Assembly: GCA_038248345.1 (NCBI GenBank)
Contig: JBBRXO010000057.1
Coordinates: 1 to 17,676, forward strand
Source: Armatimonadota bacterium
Lineage (GTDB): Bacteria > Armatimonadota > Hebobacteria > CAIYQO01
DNA length: 17,676 nt
Direction: 5' to 3'
The notes beneath the pieces were generated by a model that was given only the letters and a program-made list of their open reading frames with translations, searched no databases and had not been told where the DNA came from. Positions 14,405-17,676 of the stretch are shown here, one piece after another. How positions within the stretch are numbered: position 1 is the first letter of the stretch; every line of letters begins with the position of its first letter. The position numbers and the translations under genes are program-made.

Positions 14405-17011
14405 ATGGCGACACAGGAAAAAGCTAAAGGGGCGGCTGAAGCCGCATGTACCCAGGCGATCAGTGAGATTGATGGCCTTGTCTCCCGTGCCCTGACGGCA
14501 CTAGAGGCATTTGAAAGTTTCACCCAGGAGCAGGTTGATGTCATTGTCAAGGCTATGGCACTGGCAGGGGTGACAAAACGCCTGGAGCTGGCGCGTCATG
14601 CGGTGGACGAAACAGGCATGGGGGTATTTGAAGACAAGGTAACAAAGAACCTCTTCTCTACTGAATTCATCTACCATGACATAAAAGATGTAAAGACTGT
14701 GGGGGTTATTGAGACAGACGACGAGGAAGGCATCGTTAAAATTGCCGACCCAGTTGGCGTGCTAGCTGGTATCACCCCAGTGACCAACCCCACATCTACG
14801 ACCATGTTCAAATCGCTGATTGCCATGAAGACGCGCAATCCGATTATCTTCGCCTTCCACCCGAAAGCGCAGATGTGCAGTGCCGCCGCCGCCCGCGTAA
14901 TGCTGGATGCTGCCGTGGCTGCTGGTGCCCCACCTTACTGTATCCAATGGGTAGAGACACCTTCGGTAGAGGCGACGGATATGTTGATGAAACATCCCGG
15001 CGTCTCACTTATCCTCGCTACTGGCGGCAGCAATATGGTAAAAGCCGCCTACAGCTCGGGCAAGCCCGCATTGGGCGTGGGGCCGGGTAACGTCCCGGTA
15101 TATATTGAAAAAACTGCTAATATCAACATGGCGGTAAATGACATAATCCTTTCCAAAACCTTCGACAACGGCACCATCTGCGCTTCGGAACAGTCGGTAA
15201 TCGTCGATGAAGATATTGCCGAGCAGGTATTAGCCCGCTTTGTGGAGCAGGGTGCCTACGTGCTCTCCGCCGACGAGGCGAAGCGGGTAGAGAAACTGGC
15301 CATAGACGAAAAGCGCGGAAGTATGTCTGCCGCCGTGGTAGGGCAACCAGCAAGCAAAATTGCCGAGCTAGCGGGGATAACCAACGCTCCTGAAAAGGTT
15401 AAGGTGCTAATCGCCAGGCTAGAAGGTGTAGGGCCGCAAACTCCCTTGAGCCGCGAGAAGCTCTCGCCCATCCTGGGATTCTATGTTGCCAAAACCACTG
15501 ATGAAGCAATCAGCATTGCTGACAAACTGGTGCATTTCGGCGGTATGGGGCACTCGGCTGGCATATTCTCCAACGACGCCGCCGTCATCAGCGCGTATAG
15601 CAAGAAGATCACCACCGGGCGAATCATGGAGAACGTACCGGCATCCCTCGGTGCCATTGGTGATATTTACAACCGCATGGACCCCTCACTCACACTTGGC
15701 TGCGGGGCCTACGGCGGTAATTCTACCTCGGAGAATGTATCGGTGAAGAATCTGCTGAACATTAAACGGCAGAGCAAACGGAAGGTGAGTATGAAGTGGT
15801 TTAAAATCCCGCCCAAAATATACTTCGAGAAGGGAAGTTTGGAATATCTGCGTGTTATCGAAGGCAAGCGTGCCATGATCATCACTGACGAAACAATGGT
15901 GAAGCTCGGCTTTGTTAGCCGCGTAGAATCCTACCTGCACCACGGGGGGATGATCACCGAAATCTTCAGTGATGTAGAGCAAGACCCCAGCACTGATACG
16001 GTAAAGCGCGGCGTGGCGGCAATGAATCGCTTCCAGCCGGATTTAATCGTCGCTTTCGGCGGTGGCTCGGCTATTGACGCCGCCAAAGGGATGTGGCTCT
16101 TCTATGAGCACCCGTCTTTACGCTTCGAGGACTTGGCACTGCGCTTTGTGGATATCCGCAAACGAGCGGTACAATTTCCGCACATGGGCAAAAAATCGCT
16201 CTTCTGCGCCATTCCCACTACCTCGGGCACCGGCTCGGAGGTTACAGCTTTTGCTGTTATCACCGACAAGGCTAATGGCATCAAATACCCGCTGGCCGAC
16301 TACGAGCTGACTCCAGATATCGCCATCCTTGATCCAGAGCTTACCTATTCGGTACCCAAAGCGGTAACCGCAGACACCGGCATGGACGTGCTTTCGCACA
16401 CCCTTGAGTCCTACGTCTCGGTGCTGGCGAGCGACTACACCGATGCGCTGGCGTTGCAGGCGACGAAGATGCTCTTCAAGTATCTCCCCATTGCTTACGC
16501 TGAACCGACGAATGAGAAAGCACGTGAAAAAATGCACAATGCCAGTTGCATGGCCGGCATGGCCTTCACCAACGCCTTCCTCGGCATCAATCACAGCCTG
16601 GCGCACAAGGTGGGTGGGCAGTTCCATATTCCCCACGGGCGAGCCAACGCCATATTGCTCCCGCATGTTATCCGCTATAACGCCAGCACGCCGACGAAAT
16701 ACACGGCCTACCCCAAATACGAATACCCGGTAGCCGACCGCAAATACGCGGAAATCGCCCGCGCACTGGAACTGCCGGCGAGCACAGTAGAAGAGGGCGT
16801 AGCCAGCCTCATCAAAGCGGTGAATGATCTGCGTGCCAGCCTCAATATGCCCGCAACATTCAAAGAAGCAGGCGTGGATTCCGGCGAGTTCAACAAATAC
16901 CTCGATGACGTGGCATTGAATGCCTTCGACGACCAATGCACCGGCGCCAACCCGCGTTACCCGCTTGTAGATGAGCTAAAATCTATCCTGAAGGAGGCAT
17001 ACGGAGAGTAA
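14405..17011 (+). CDS. adhE: Bifunctional acetaldehyde-CoA/alcohol dehydrogenase, 868 aa
   Basis: ALDH part: PVTNPTST, LATGG, GVGPGN, FDNGTICASEQ, EKLSP; linker GCGAYGGNS; Fe-ADH part: GGGSAIDAAK, PTTSGTGSEVT, GINHSLAHK, PHGRANA. Start reassigned to ATG 14405 after AAGGAGG. Confidence 0.97.
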   Translation: MATQEKAKGAAEAACTQAISEIDGLVSRALTALEAFESFTQEQVDVIVKAMALAGVTKRLELARHAVDETGMGVFEDKVTKNLFSTEFIYHDIKDVKTVGVIETDDEEGIVKIADPVGVLAGITPVTNPTSTTMFKSLIAMKTRNPIIFAFHPKAQMCSAAAARVMLDAAVAAGAPPYCIQWVETPSVEATDMLMKHPGVSLILATGGSNMVKAAYSSGKPALGVGPGNVPVYIEKTANINMAVNDIILSKTFDNGTICASEQSVIVDEDIAEQVLARFVEQGAYVLSADEAKRVEKLAIDEKRGSMSAAVVGQPASKIAELAGITNAPEKVKVLIARLEGVGPQTPLSREKLSPILGFYVAKTTDEAISIADKLVHFGGMGHSAGIFSNDAAVISAYSKKITTGRIMENVPASLGAIGDIYNRMDPSLTLGCGAYGGNSTSENVSVKNLLNIKRQSKRKVSMKWFKIPPKIYFEKGSLEYLRVIEGKRAMIITDETMVKLGFVSRVESYLHHGGMITEIFSDVEQDPSTDTVKRGVAAMNRFQPDLIVAFGGGSAIDAAKGMWLFYEHPSLRFEDLALRFVDIRKRAVQFPHMGKKSLFCAIPTTSGTGSEVTAFAVITDKANGIKYPLADYELTPDIAILDPELTYSVPKAVTADTGMDVLSHTLESYVSVLASDYTDALALQATKMLFKYLPIAYAEPTNEKAREKMHNASCMAGMAFTNAFLGINHSLAHKVGGQFHIPHGRANAILLPHVIRYNASTPTKYTAYPKYEYPVADRKYAEIARALELPASTVEEGVASLIKAVNDLRASLNMPATFKEAGVDSGEFNKYLDDVALNAFDDQCTGANPRYPLVDELKSILKEAYGE

Positions 17012-17033
17012 ATATCTGTATGCAAGAATATTA

Positions 17034-17078
17034 GAAATGGACTCTTTTCGCCACATTACCGCGAGAAGAGTCCATTTC
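17034..17078. terminator. Long stem-loop downstream of adhE, probable terminator
   Basis: GAAATGGACTCTTTTCGC-9 nt-GCGAGAAGAGTCCATTTC: 18-bp stem with one G-U, 22 nt after the stop; U-tract is weak. Confidence 0.65.
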
Positions 17079-17188
17079 ATCATACGATCATTGATACAAT
17101 TTCAACAGCCATCCCATAGGCTATGCTGATATTACAAGGTGACGGATTCGCAGGTATATTATTTTCACTACAGAATAAGGCGGCATGC

Positions 17189-17320
17189 ATTAAAACGTCA
17201 AAGAGAAATATGTCCATTTTGCAACAGATTGCCAAGTTCATTCCGCCGAAATTAATTGACAAACTGGCTGATAAACACAAGGTCAAGAGCCGCAGTTTTT
17301 CTCCCACTAGCCCCGTTCTC
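17189..17320 (+). mobile_element. Truncated IS4-family transposase N-terminus (DUF4372-like remnant)
   Basis: IKTSKRNMSILQQIAKFIPPKLIDKLADKHKVKSRSFSPTS recalls the 'xLxQIxxxIP...LxxKH....RxFS' N-terminus of DUF4372-type IS4 transposases (from memory, not searched); the frame breaks into a REP after ~44 codons. Confidence 0.6.
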
Positions 17321-17342
17321 CTGGGCGGGACGCCCATGCCAC
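17312..17342. repeat. REP family A copy, inverted orientation
   Basis: Reverse complement reads GTGGCATGGGCGTCCCGCCCAG, matching the copies at 1237 and 13962. Confidence 0.8.
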
Positions 17343-17410
17343 AATAAACCCATAACGTGCTATTGTTCTATACAAGTCGTACAAAATATAGCCCTGAAAT
17401 CCATAACATA

Positions 17411-17446
17411 AAAACTTCGCCAGTATACCAGTAGATTCCTTATTTG
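17411..17446. repeat. 36-bp direct repeat, copy 2 (carries a minus-strand TGG-TATACT -10 next to a TTGCAA/CTTGCA -35)
   Basis: AAAACTTCGCCAGTATACCAGTAGATTCCTTATTTG; 35/36 identical to 13912-13947. Confidence 0.95.
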
Positions 17447-17534
17447 CAAGTGAGAAGAACCGTAAAACCGTAGACGCATTTGAACTCGTATAAACGGAAA
17501 ATTAACCTACAGACCTACAGGCCTGACACCGCCC

Positions 17535-17675
17535 CTACACCTTCGATATCTCCACGAGCATCATGCCCAGATCTGCGATAGTTTCAGAAATGTTGAGCTG
17601 CCCCATCTCGGTGATTACGGTTTTAACCCGAGACATTGGCTCCTGGGCATCCCGGAGGCGGCATAATTGTGGCGG
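17535..17675 (-). CDS. 3' end of an unidentified protein (5' part outside the window)
   Basis: Open frame PPQLCRLRDAQEPMSRVKTVITEMGQLNISETIADLGMMLVEISKV* from the window edge to TAG at 17535-17537; the other two minus frames stop early. Confidence 0.5.
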   Translation of the reverse strand, partial: PPQLCRLRDAQEPMSRVKTVITEMGQLNISETIADLGMMLVEISKV

Positions 17676-17676
17676 A

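Noticed and set aside
439..17446. CRISPR array
   Set aside because: No regularly spaced direct repeats with unique spacers and no cas genes; the 36-bp repeat has two copies 3.5 kb apart.
17504..17528. ACCTACAG tandem (2-3 units) after the last gene
   Set aside because: Too short to tell from chance or to assign a function.

Overview
This is a bacterial window. The GC-rich coding style and palindrome-filled spacers would fit an Armatimonadota-like anaerobe, but taxonomy cannot be fixed from the sequence. In order it holds: a partial plsC-type acyltransferase (-), ybaB/ebfC (-), a secreted sialate O-acetylesterase-like protein (-), an ADP-ribosylglycohydrolase (ARH)-family protein (-), then a divergent unit of NagA with a zinc-ribbon/DUF2007-like N-terminal extension, a second ARH-family protein and a GH31 glycosidase (all +). 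These converge on a flavin-reductase-like gene and a GH95 fucosidase (-). Next comes adhE (+) behind a sigma70 promoter bracketed by two Rex boxes, an IS4-like transposase remnant, and the 3' end of an unknown gene (-). Main points of interest: (i) two ARH paralogues with intact metal motifs inside a purely glycan-catabolic cluster, a candidate undescribed sugar-processing role; (ii) the NagA fusion; (iii) a ~305-nt nested inverted-repeat element filling the ybaB-plsC gap, whose layers prefer opposite strands for G-T pairing; (iv) a 36-bp direct repeat that is itself a promoter core and brackets the adhE segment; (v) several distinct REP-like palindrome families across the spacers.
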